From contig OY781066.1 of NCBI GenBank assembly GCA_963676395.1, forward strand, positions 800,001 to 864,000: 64,000 nucleotides of DNA, written 5' to 3'. Below the pieces are notes generated by a model that was given only the letters and a program-made list of their open reading frames with translations, ran no database searches and was not told the DNA's origin. Source of the DNA: a bacterium. GTDB taxonomy: Bacteria > Fidelibacterota > Fidelibacteria > Fidelibacterales > Fidelibacteraceae. The position numbers were made by a program, and so were the translations under genes. Each line of letters opens with the position of its first letter. Position 1 is the first letter of the stretch. Shown here piece after piece: positions 53,362 to 62,082 of this stretch.

Positions 53362-54663
53362 TTATGAGTGATCTTCAAGAATACTTTTTATATAAGGAAT
53401 ATTGGGTATTGCACCAAATCGACCTTCACGATACGCTTTTTGCCAGGAAGTAATCCTATTTACACCCTTTTCTTCTGACATGCCATATAAAACAGAGGAA
53501 GCGTTATTGCCTTTCTGAACAAACCATATATTTTCTTTTGCAACCAAATCTCTGCAATTTAAAAGATTATCATAATGAGTTGTTACTAACAATTGGCTTT
53601 TATTTGATTCGTGTAAAAATCTTTTAAGCATATATCTTATTACCATTGGATGTAATCTTGATTCAATTTCATCAACAGCTAAAAATGCATTCTGTTTAAT
53701 TGTAGTTATTAATGCGCCCGAAAGACCAAACACACGCATAGTTCCTCTTGACTGACGCTCTTCAGATAATGTAAAAGTAATTTTTTCATTTTTTGTTATA
53801 TATGCTGTATGTTCAAAAAATGATTCACTCAGTTCAATTACTTTTTTCTTTTTGGTTTCATCATCAAGAAAAGCATCTAATTGTAATAATTCGGCTGCTT
53901 TCAATACCTTTTCCGATATACTCTCCTCATGCACTTCAGTGATAATATTTGAAATATTAAAATCTGCACTTTTTAAATTATCAAGAATTTGCTCTTTGAT
54001 TTGATTGTCATTATTAATCAAATCTTCAACGTATCCTTGCAAGTCCAAATTGGGATGAATATTATCTAAAAAATGATTATTAATCCACTGTAAAACTTCT
54101 TCAATTTCAGATATTTGTGTGTTAACTTTATTATAAGCAGAAAAAAAAGACGAATTCGGCAGACAATTTAACTCAATAGCATCTTTAATCATATTACCAA
54201 TTTTAAGGTTTGCACCAAAGCTAATCTGCGATATACCATTTTTAAAGATTCTATTAAAAATTATAGATGGCCTTTGAGTTTTATAGGATAATAAGGATTC
54301 TTCAATAACAGCTTTTGAATTCAATGTTAATGAATAAACATACTTAACATGATTAGCATAAAATGTTACAATAAAAGATGAATTTTTATCAGAAGTCAAA
54401 ACAAATGGAATGATATTAATTAAATCATCTTTGCTATTTTTGTTTACCCTCCAAAAGGTTTTTAAAAATTGAAATGCCTTTAAAAAATTACTTTTACCCG
54501 AAGCATTTGCACCATAAACAATACCCAATTTAAGCAAATAAACATTATCTATAATCTCTACATACTGATATTTTGACAATTTACTTATATTTTTAATTCT
54601 AAAATCAATTTTCGCTTTATCCCTAAACGAAAGAAAATTCTTAACTTCAAGTGATTCAATCAT
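53362..54663 (-). CDS. RloA/AbiEii-like ABC (AAA_21) ATPase
   Basis: GANASGKSN Walker A, QSRGT signature, VDEIESRLHP Walker B, LLVTTH, C-terminal YREGRFGAIP. Start MIESLEVKNFLSF at 54663. Confidence 0.88.
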   Translation of the reverse strand: MIESLEVKNFLSFRDKAKIDFRIKNISKLSKYQYVEIIDNVYLLKLGIVYGANASGKSNFLKAFQFLKTFWRVNKNSKDDLINIIPFVLTSDKNSSFIVTFYANHVKYVYSLTLNSKAVIEESLLSYKTQRPSIIFNRIFKNGISQISFGANLKIGNMIKDAIELNCLPNSSFFSAYNKVNTQISEIEEVLQWINNHFLDNIHPNLDLQGYVEDLINNDNQIKEQILDNLKSADFNISNIITEVHEESISEKVLKAAELLQLDAFLDDETKKKKVIELSESFFEHTAYITKNEKITFTLSEERQSRGTMRVFGLSGALITTIKQNAFLAVDEIESRLHPMVIRYMLKRFLHESNKSQLLVTTHYDNLLNCRDLVAKENIWFVQKGNNASSVLYGMSEEKGVNRITSWQKAYREGRFGAIPNIPYIKSILEDHS

Positions 54664-54756
54664 AATATATTCAATAACTCCACTAATTCTGCAAATCAGC
54701 AAAATATAACAACAGTTACTCCTTTGTGATATACTTTTTTGTATAATTTTTATTTA

Positions 54757-55314
54757 TTATTGATTTTTTAGCTCTTCCGGTAAAAAGCGATCAATTTCCT
54801 CATTTGACCATGAGAATCCTTCATCATTGGAATTGCCAATACCTAATGATTTTTGAGCAAATTCATAATCATTTCCCGTAGTACTTGGAGCATATTTACC
54901 TATTTCACTATATCTTTGAATCATAGAATCCAATTCGTTATCATTTTCAGCATCTTTATTTTGTGTTAGTTTACCAATAAGTAACATAAATTGATCTCTG
55001 ATAGCTTTATATTCTTCAGCAATATTTTTGTGCTGTACTTTTATCTCAGAAAGATTCTCTTTAGTAAAAACAAAAAATAGTATGCTTACCCCAGTTAAAA
55101 CTAAACCACAATATGACAATATATCTAAAAGTTTCTGTATCCCCTCAATCGCTCCAATAGTTTGTAAAACAATAATTAACATTGTCAGCGATGCAATAAT
55201 CAAAGAAAAAATACGTAATATTCTTTCTCTATTTTGTAGCCTATTATAAGCTTTGTAATGAATTGTGGTCATGAAAACACATTGAGCAAAGTAAAAACGT
55301 GCTACAGATAACAT
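54757..55314 (-). CDS. SLATT-family (SLATT_4-like) two-TM effector
   Basis: Two hydrophobic helices; C-terminal APSTT..DY..AQK.L....SWSNEEIDRFLPEEL tail typical of SMODS-associated SLATT proteins. Confidence 0.82.
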   Translation of the reverse strand: MLSVARFYFAQCVFMTTIHYKAYNRLQNRERILRIFSLIIASLTMLIIVLQTIGAIEGIQKLLDILSYCGLVLTGVSILFFVFTKENLSEIKVQHKNIAEEYKAIRDQFMLLIGKLTQNKDAENDNELDSMIQRYSEIGKYAPSTTGNDYEFAQKSLGIGNSNDEGFSWSNEEIDRFLPEELKNQ

Positions 55315-55328
55315 AGAATATCCTTTTT

Positions 55329-55814
55329 TTAATTATGTGGCTCATCATCCCACGGTTTCTTCCCATATCTATCATAATAAGTGACCCAATAAAGATGCTC
55401 TTCTAAATGATATAAAAATTGAGGAAAATTAAATCCATTAGGATATGCATTCTTTATTTTTGTTGGATGGATTAGACATAAATAATTATAAACTAAATCT
55501 GAATTAGATATTAACATTCTGTATTTTGGAATATTTGTTACCACATGAAAATCCAGAGGATTTGCACATTTCCTAATAGCAATTTTTTGAATTTTACAGT
55601 CTACATCTTTTACCTTTGGTAAAATTTCATTACTAGGCACCACTAAAATAATCTCAATTCGATACTTTTCACCTTTGATTAAAACATTACCGCGAAATTT
55701 AGAATTTAACTCTATCACACCGACAATACGATTCCTTTCAGGCATATACGACAACAATGGATAGTTCTCTCGCATAAAATCAAGATCTGTTTCCCCTAAA
55801 CTAATTACACTCAT
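55329..55814 (-). CDS. Putative stand-alone prokaryotic E2 (UBC-fold) protein
   Basis: YRIEI...LPKV...FHV...LCL...FL...LYW..YY..YGK.PW...H pattern with His and Cys in E2 order. ATGA overlap with the nucleotidyltransferase stop. Confidence 0.6.
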   Translation of the reverse strand: MSVISLGETDLDFMRENYPLLSYMPERNRIVGVIELNSKFRGNVLIKGEKYRIEIILVVPSNEILPKVKDVDCKIQKIAIRKCANPLDFHVVTNIPKYRMLISNSDLVYNYLCLIHPTKIKNAYPNGFNFPQFLYHLEEHLYWVTYYDRYGKKPWDDEPHN

Positions 55815-56719
55815 CTACCACCATATGGTTTTGATGGATTACTAAAAGCATGAAATCTACAATTATCTTTTTGAGGATTCTTATCAACTTTTGGAAAAAC
55901 ATCACCAAAAATCTTCTTATACTCTAAAGAAGCATTAATAAAATCATCATTTTCAAAATACTCTAAAGCTTTAATTGCCCTATTCCGAGCGGTTTCTACA
56001 TTAGATTTTATATCGTCACTACACCGGTAATACAAATACTCAAAATAGTTTTTAATCATATATGGGTAATCATCATCTTTTGAGTGTAAAACAAAATAAT
56101 TAATCACATCATTTTGTAAATTGAAAGAACTATAACAACTCTTAGCTGATACTGTATTATCTCTCCATGTTTTACCAATTCTACATAACACCCTAGTTGC
56201 TCCATTAGTTTTAGAATTCGAATCCTCAAACTCACTTATTTGTTTCTTTGGGTCAAACACCTCCCAACTCCCATCACCTACAGTGTTGGGTATTAGAAAT
56301 GTCCCATCCTCACATTCAAAAGCTGGAAGAATCTCTACATTGTGCTTACCATCAAAATTTACAAGTACTACCTTACCCCAACCACTAATTTTATCTGTCA
56401 TCGTGTATGTATCTTTTAATGTTTTTCTAATCTCTTGCAATAGTGCTGATTGACCATTACCTATATAATTATCATATTTTTCATATACATCAATCGGTAT
56501 TTTAAACAACACATCTACATCTTGATCGTCGGTTATAGGTCTGATGTTCGTTTTGGTTTTATAAGAACCAAATAACAATTTAGAATCTCCAGAATATTTC
56601 GAAGTATAATACGTAGCATGAAGAGTTTTACAAACACCGGTATACTTTGTTTTTGCATCATCTTTTTGTGCAGTTGTTAGTTTAATGTTTTCAAGAAATT
56701 GTTTGAATATTTTTTTCAT
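55811..56719 (-). CDS. cGAS/DncV-like (SMODS) nucleotidyltransferase, CD-NTase
   Basis: hFGSY.T.IRP....DVDVLF, third acidic residue in VEILPA, W...DP, C-terminal KIFGDVFP. The N-terminus F.QFLENI.LT..QK.D recalls CdnD-type enzymes. AAGGA RBS before 56719. Confidence 0.88.
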   Translation of the reverse strand: MKKIFKQFLENIKLTTAQKDDAKTKYTGVCKTLHATYYTSKYSGDSKLLFGSYKTKTNIRPITDDQDVDVLFKIPIDVYEKYDNYIGNGQSALLQEIRKTLKDTYTMTDKISGWGKVVLVNFDGKHNVEILPAFECEDGTFLIPNTVGDGSWEVFDPKKQISEFEDSNSKTNGATRVLCRIGKTWRDNTVSAKSCYSSFNLQNDVINYFVLHSKDDDYPYMIKNYFEYLYYRCSDDIKSNVETARNRAIKALEYFENDDFINASLEYKKIFGDVFPKVDKNPQKDNCRFHAFSNPSKPYGGR

Positions 56720-56916
56720 ATCTTGTCCTTTGTTTAAATTTATCACTTTTCATCCCCATTTTTCAATTTCATTCTAAATATAAGAAATTAACCCATTAAT
56801 ATAAAGTTATATTTTGCGTTTTTGCATTATATTTGCGTTTTTGGTTTTTTTATAAGGTTTTTAAACAGTTTCTAATGGGTTTTTATCTGTATTACTGCAC
56901 CCCTTTGTTCTTTTAT

Positions 56917-56944
56917 AAAAAAAATGATCCAAAAGGATCATTTC
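56917..56944 (-). terminator. Terminator downstream of mazG
   Basis: Minus strand reads aatgatcc-tttt-ggatcatt followed by a T-run. Confidence 0.65.
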
Positions 56945-57060
56945 AACTTAATTACAACATCAATTATAAAAGAACTATTATTTTTCTCAACAATTCATAA
57001 TTTCTTTCGACCAGCCAGCAGTCCCTCACTGCATTCGGGCAACAGCTGGTAGGTCAAGCC

Positions 57061-57822
57061 CTACTCTTCAGATTTCACCAGATCCCAAACCTTGTCCAGC
57101 TCTTCGAGATTATCGTCTTTCATGCTGCGCTTGGCATTATTGTAGTATTCTTCAACCTTATTGAAACGACGATAGAACTTATCATTACTTTTCTTTAAGG
57201 CTTCACCGGGATGGATATCGTAAAAACGCGATAGGTTTACCAAAGCGAAGAGGATATCGCCAAATTCTTCTTCGGCATGGGCTTTGTCGCCGGAGGCATG
57301 AGCTTCTTTGAATTCTTCAAATTCTTCATCGACCTTTTTCCAGACATCGGATACGTCATCCCAATCAAATCCTACAGAGGCAGCTTTCTGTTGCATACGG
57401 TAGGCTCTATGTAGGGCCGGCAAGGATTTTGGAATACCTTCAAGTATCCTGCCTTTGCGTTTTTTGCTTTTCTGCTGTTCCCAAATCGCATTGGCCTCTT
57501 CAGCGGTATATTCTTTGTCGGAATTAAAAACATGTGGATGGCGACTGATCATTTTTTCGCTAACGCCTTTCATAACATCGGCAAAACTAAAGTCACCCTT
57601 TTCTTCGGCAATAATAGTTTGAAAAACAATATGCAACAGTACATCACCCAATTCATAACGAAGCTTATCGATCTCATTATTTTCAATGGTTTCGATCGCT
57701 TCGTGAGTTTCTTCCAAAAAATACGGTATCAGTGATTCTCGTGTTTGTTCCTGATCCCAGGGGCAACCCTCGGGTCCACGCAAAGTGCGTACTATATTTA
57801 TCAGTTCATCAAATTCTTTCAT
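57061..57822 (-). CDS. mazG: Nucleoside triphosphate pyrophosphohydrolase MazG
   Basis: LRGPEGCPWD.EQT, EE..E, ELGDVLL, RHPHVF, second domain EEEFGDILF. Confidence 0.95.
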   Translation of the reverse strand: MKEFDELINIVRTLRGPEGCPWDQEQTRESLIPYFLEETHEAIETIENNEIDKLRYELGDVLLHIVFQTIIAEEKGDFSFADVMKGVSEKMISRHPHVFNSDKEYTAEEANAIWEQQKSKKRKGRILEGIPKSLPALHRAYRMQQKAASVGFDWDDVSDVWKKVDEEFEEFKEAHASGDKAHAEEEFGDILFALVNLSRFYDIHPGEALKKSNDKFYRRFNKVEEYYNNAKRSMKDDNLEELDKVWDLVKSEE

Positions 57823-57911
57823 ATAATTCCAGCTTAGGGTTAAAATTCATAGGGCTAAAAGCTAATTCTTCTCAATTCTAAAGCTTTGAGCTTAAATCTA
57901 TCACTAATGAT

Positions 57912-59159
57912 TTATTTCTTCGTAATTCTAATTCTGTTAATACGATTCCCCTTCATTTCATCAACCACAAAAATATGATTCTGGTAGCGAAAAGAATCAT
58001 GCTTTGCCGGAATACGACCTAAATGATCCATCACAAATCCACCCAGAGTATCATATGCGTGTGCCTCAGGAAAATTCAAAATTAATATTTCTTCCAGATC
58101 ATCGAGGTTAATTGCCGCATTCACGGCACATTCATAGGGTGTTAACCATTTTAAATATGGACTATGCTTTTCATTTTCATCCTGGATATCACCCACGATC
58201 TCTTCGATAACATCTTCAAGTGTTACCAGGCCGCTGGTACCACCATATTCATCAACAACAATAGCGATCTTGGTTTTCTTTTCCTGGAAAACAGATATGG
58301 CATGAGATACAGAACATTTTTCAGGCAAGAACATCGGAGGATGCAAAAGGCTCTCGAGGTCTGTTTGTTTTTTACCATCTAAATACTGCAAAACATCTTT
58401 CTCAAAGATAAACCCTATAATATTATCCAAATTATCTTTATACACGGGAAATCTTGCAAAAGGCTGATTGGCTACAAAGAAATAGATATCGTTCAGACTT
58501 CTACCTCCATCTACTGCAACCATATCGGGACGAGGAATCATGATCTCTCTAACACAGGTGTCGGTTGATTCCAACAATGACGTGATCATCTCGATCTCTT
58601 TTTCTTCGAATTCTCCCTTCTCCTCACCAATTTGAACCAACGTCTTAATATCTTCTTCATGCTCAATGAGCGTATCACCACTCACATTCAAGGAGCGTTC
58701 CGTTACTTTTCCAATAAAATACAAAATAATCGTCAAGGGAAAAAACACGGTATAACAAAAAGCAATAAACCAAGAGTTTCGTAAGGATACTTTTCGAGTA
58801 TTTCGCAACGCAATGGTTTTTGGTACAATCTCGCCAAATATCAAGACCATCACGGTCACAACTACGATCTCAATAAAAGCAATGATCAAGGGCGGCCAAT
58901 TATACTCAACCGAAAGATCATGCATTAAAAGAGCAACCAATGCCGTAAGAGCAATATTTACGAGTGTATTACCAATGAGGATGGCTATCAGTAGCTTCTG
59001 TGGTTTTTCCAACAGTTTGAGTGTGCGTTTTGCAGCGGCACCTTTAATTTCCTGCAGATTTTCCTTTCGGGTACCGAAAAGTGCCGTTTCCGAGCCTGAA
59101 AAAATACCGGAAAAAACCAAAAGCACCAAAAAAAGAAAAAGATTTAAGCCAATATCCAT
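57912..59159 (-). CDS. CNNM/CorC-HlyC family protein (DUF21 + CBS + CorC domains)
   Basis: FSGSETA, ILIGNTLVN, GEIVPK, VDEYGGTSGLVTLEDVIEEIVGDI. Confidence 0.92.
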   Translation of the reverse strand: MDIGLNLFLFLVLLVFSGIFSGSETALFGTRKENLQEIKGAAAKRTLKLLEKPQKLLIAILIGNTLVNIALTALVALLMHDLSVEYNWPPLIIAFIEIVVVTVMVLIFGEIVPKTIALRNTRKVSLRNSWFIAFCYTVFFPLTIILYFIGKVTERSLNVSGDTLIEHEEDIKTLVQIGEEKGEFEEKEIEMITSLLESTDTCVREIMIPRPDMVAVDGGRSLNDIYFFVANQPFARFPVYKDNLDNIIGFIFEKDVLQYLDGKKQTDLESLLHPPMFLPEKCSVSHAISVFQEKKTKIAIVVDEYGGTSGLVTLEDVIEEIVGDIQDENEKHSPYLKWLTPYECAVNAAINLDDLEEILILNFPEAHAYDTLGGFVMDHLGRIPAKHDSFRYQNHIFVVDEMKGNRINRIRITKK

Positions 59160-59160
59160 A

Positions 59161-59586
59161 TTATTTATCAAAATATTGTGTTAAAAAACGGTTTTCCAAT
59201 GCTGTCATTTCAGCTTTATCTTCTTCGCTGATATCATCATAACCGCACAGGTGACATGCACCATGAATCAAGATCCGGGCGAACTCCCGCTCAAGAGGTT
59301 GATCGAATTTTTTAGCGTTTTGAATAATCCTTTCAGGGGAAATATATAATTCTCCCTCTAAGGGTTCCTCATCTATATTAAAGGAAATTATATCTGTGTA
59401 TACATCCTGATCAAAATATTCTTTTTTCATTTCACGCAAGGCATCATCTTTAAAAGAAATAACGGTCACAGAGAATTCAGGATAACCAAGATCTTCCATC
59501 ACCCCGGCGATCATGGTTTTGGCATGATCTTCTTCAAGTGGAATATCTATATCACATTCACGATAAAATTCTACCGTCCAACTCAT
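59161..59586 (-). CDS. ybeY: rRNA maturation endoribonuclease YbeY
   Basis: TDIISF, GELYIS, HGACHLCGYD metal motif. Confidence 0.92.
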   Translation of the reverse strand: MSWTVEFYRECDIDIPLEEDHAKTMIAGVMEDLGYPEFSVTVISFKDDALREMKKEYFDQDVYTDIISFNIDEEPLEGELYISPERIIQNAKKFDQPLEREFARILIHGACHLCGYDDISEEDKAEMTALENRFLTQYFDK

Positions 59587-61922
59587 GCTTTTTCTTCTTT
59601 CTTGATACTGAGTTCTTCTTTTTTATTCGATGATTTCTTTTCATCTTCTTTTTTATCTTCAGGATAAGGCACACGTTCGTGATACAGGCCTACCAAAAGA
59701 GGATATATCGCTTTTTGTATCTTGGTCAAATCAATAAACTGCAAGGGGCATTCATCAAGCTGCCCACTATTCAAACGCTTTGAAATAACTTCATTGATCT
59801 TTGCTTCAATATTTTTTGGAGTAGCCTTTGGCAATGAACGAACGGCAGCTTCTGAAGCCTCTACGATCATCAACAATGCTGTTTCTTTGGTTTTAGGCTT
59901 TGGTCCCGGATAACAATATTCACTTTCAGGAATATCGGTACCGGTTTTTTCTGCTTCGGCAAGGGCTTTTTGATAAAAATAATCAACTCTCATCGTACCA
60001 TGATGGGTGGCGATAAAATCTTTAATTTCATCCGGCAATTTTTCCTGTTCAGCCAATTCCAGTCCGTTTCGCACATGTGAAATAATCACCTTAGCCGCCA
60101 TATGGGGTTTAAGCTGATCCATTTTATTTTCTTCAAGTCCCTGTTGATTTTCTACAAAATATTCAACCTTAGATAACTTCCCGATATCATGATAGTAGGC
60201 TCCCACTCTGGCAAGAAGTGAATTTGCGCCAATCTTTTCGGCAGCCGCTTCAAGCAAATTACCCACCACAATAGAATGATTAAAGGTACCGGGCGCTTCC
60301 AATGAAAGTCGTTTAAGCAAAGGTCGATTCATATCCGAAAGTTCAAGCAAGGATAAGGATGTCGTAACACCGAAAATTCTTTCAATAACCATCATGAGAC
60401 CATTGGCAATTAAAACCGAAACAATAGCATTTGCAAGCGCCAATCCCATCATCACCAACCAAGCGGTAAAGGTCTCTAATGATGCAATATTCATAGCCGA
60501 TACAGAAGCAAAATAACCTGCAGCCACAAAGAGTAAAGGTTTTAAAACATTTTCACGCGTTCTTGTATTTCTTAATGAAATAATAGCCATGATCATAGGG
60601 AAAGCGTGCATCAGAATGAAATGGAATGAGCCTCCCATAACATATGCCAATACCAGAAGTAATGTCGATGAACCCATAAGGGCAATACGCTCATCAAAAA
60701 ATATCATCAAGAGCATTGCAGTGATAGAGAGAGGTACAAGGATCATATGTGTTGGCGCTACAAGTGCTACCGCAGCACCCAGCCCCAAAGATATCACCAT
60801 ACAGATTATTAACAACAAAAATCGATTCACATCTTTAAACAGAGATTTATCATACATGATCAGGAATAAAATAAAAATCATGAAAAGCATGGCGATCACA
60901 AGAATATCCCCAAGACCCTTTAAGAAATTTGAAAATCCCTGTAAGTTCTCGTTATTCTTTTCTTCGGCATACTTCAGTGAATATAGCTTCTGGTATATTT
61001 CCGAAGTAATAAGTGTGTTGGCACCTACAATCTTTTCATCTTTAAAAACTTTTCCCGCCACCAAGGGTATCCTGTCGATAACATCTTGTTGGCGATTCAT
61101 GGTACGCTCTTTATCGTAAATCAAATTTGGCTTCATCAGCAAATGTGCAATACGAGATATCATGACCTTTTGTTCATGGATATTGTAACCCTTAACCAGA
61201 TTTTCGGTCAATTGCTCCGTCGCGGAACTAATATCAAACAAGTTCTTAACCGAGGCAGGTGTTTCTATACTCCCCTGTCGTAAAGAAATTTGATTTGATC
61301 GTATTGAATCCAAAGAAATATCACTGACACCACTTTCATAAAGTATTGACAGGTGCGTAATAAAATTCATTCTTAGGGTGTCAAGCGGAACACGTTTCGC
61401 CTCACTTGGCATAAATATTTGACTAAAGGGTGCTTCATCGGCATGAATTGAAAATTGTTCTTCCATGGCATTGATCACAGCCATAAAAGCATTTGAATCT
61501 GTACGAACCGATTCATTTAAAGCTTCAAGATCAGTCGTTGTAAATCTTTGAATCCGCCGCATGGTTTGAGAATATTTATATTTTTCATAACGTTGCTCTA
61601 AGGTCTTTGCCATTTGAAAGAACACCTCTGTTCTTTCAATCTGTTGATCTTTTACTCCGATATCCTCAGAAAAAACAAAAGCAACTTTCTTAATGGCTTC
61701 GTCTTGCTCTTTTTCAATGGCGGCACGGGGTTTTAAAATATCAAAATCATAAGGAGCGATAATATCCATACGCGTAATATCACCCACCTGATAATTGTAT
61801 TGATGTGTTTGCTTTTTGGGCGCTACCAGGGAAGAAAAAATTACCATAACGACCAATGATGCGATGATCCATATAGAAACTTTTCCCGAGCCTTGAGCTT
61901 GATTGTTTTTTATTAACATCAT
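59583..61922 (-). CDS. 7TM-HD phosphohydrolase (PgpH-like cyclic-dinucleotide phosphodiesterase)
   Basis: Extracellular 7TMR-HDED region, 7 TM helices, APGTFNHS, YYHDIGK, HHGT, YPGPKP. Confidence 0.88.
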   Translation of the reverse strand: MMLIKNNQAQGSGKVSIWIIASLVVMVIFSSLVAPKKQTHQYNYQVGDITRMDIIAPYDFDILKPRAAIEKEQDEAIKKVAFVFSEDIGVKDQQIERTEVFFQMAKTLEQRYEKYKYSQTMRRIQRFTTTDLEALNESVRTDSNAFMAVINAMEEQFSIHADEAPFSQIFMPSEAKRVPLDTLRMNFITHLSILYESGVSDISLDSIRSNQISLRQGSIETPASVKNLFDISSATEQLTENLVKGYNIHEQKVMISRIAHLLMKPNLIYDKERTMNRQQDVIDRIPLVAGKVFKDEKIVGANTLITSEIYQKLYSLKYAEEKNNENLQGFSNFLKGLGDILVIAMLFMIFILFLIMYDKSLFKDVNRFLLLIICMVISLGLGAAVALVAPTHMILVPLSITAMLLMIFFDERIALMGSSTLLLVLAYVMGGSFHFILMHAFPMIMAIISLRNTRTRENVLKPLLFVAAGYFASVSAMNIASLETFTAWLVMMGLALANAIVSVLIANGLMMVIERIFGVTTSLSLLELSDMNRPLLKRLSLEAPGTFNHSIVVGNLLEAAAEKIGANSLLARVGAYYHDIGKLSKVEYFVENQQGLEENKMDQLKPHMAAKVIISHVRNGLELAEQEKLPDEIKDFIATHHGTMRVDYFYQKALAEAEKTGTDIPESEYCYPGPKPKTKETALLMIVEASEAAVRSLPKATPKNIEAKINEVISKRLNSGQLDECPLQFIDLTKIQKAIYPLLVGLYHERVPYPEDKKEDEKKSSNKKEELSIKKEEKA

Positions 61923-62082
61923 TTCCTCAATAAATTCTAGCTAAAAAATAAGATAGTTTGGGGTTGTATCCAAAATAATTAAGAATTAAGAGTTATGGGC
62001 TAAGAGTTGCAAATTAACCGCTTATGCATTTAAAAGACTGACAATTGAATATGAAATATATCGTAACTTTTTAATCACGGAT

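Noticed and set aside
56890..56910. actgcacccc resembling an IS3-family terminal repeat
   Set aside because: Only about 10 nt match, with no transposase and no partner inverted repeat.
49623..57060. tRNA-Glu as the integration site of an element carrying the NifX cluster and defence island
   Set aside because: No integrase is present and I could not find a duplicated tRNA 3' end (att) near 53.3 kb or 57 kb.
57061..61922. mazG and the PgpH-like phosphodiesterase as parts of the CBASS-like system
   Set aside because: They sit in an ordinary recJ-pgpH-ybeY-corC-mazG housekeeping run with host-like composition, and a terminator separates them from the island.
52060..62050. Short AT-rich 6-7-mer reiterations in intergenic gaps (about 52070-52160, 57830-57905, 61975-62010; also 27235-27262)
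   Set aside because: They are too degenerate to define a unit or separate from low-complexity background.
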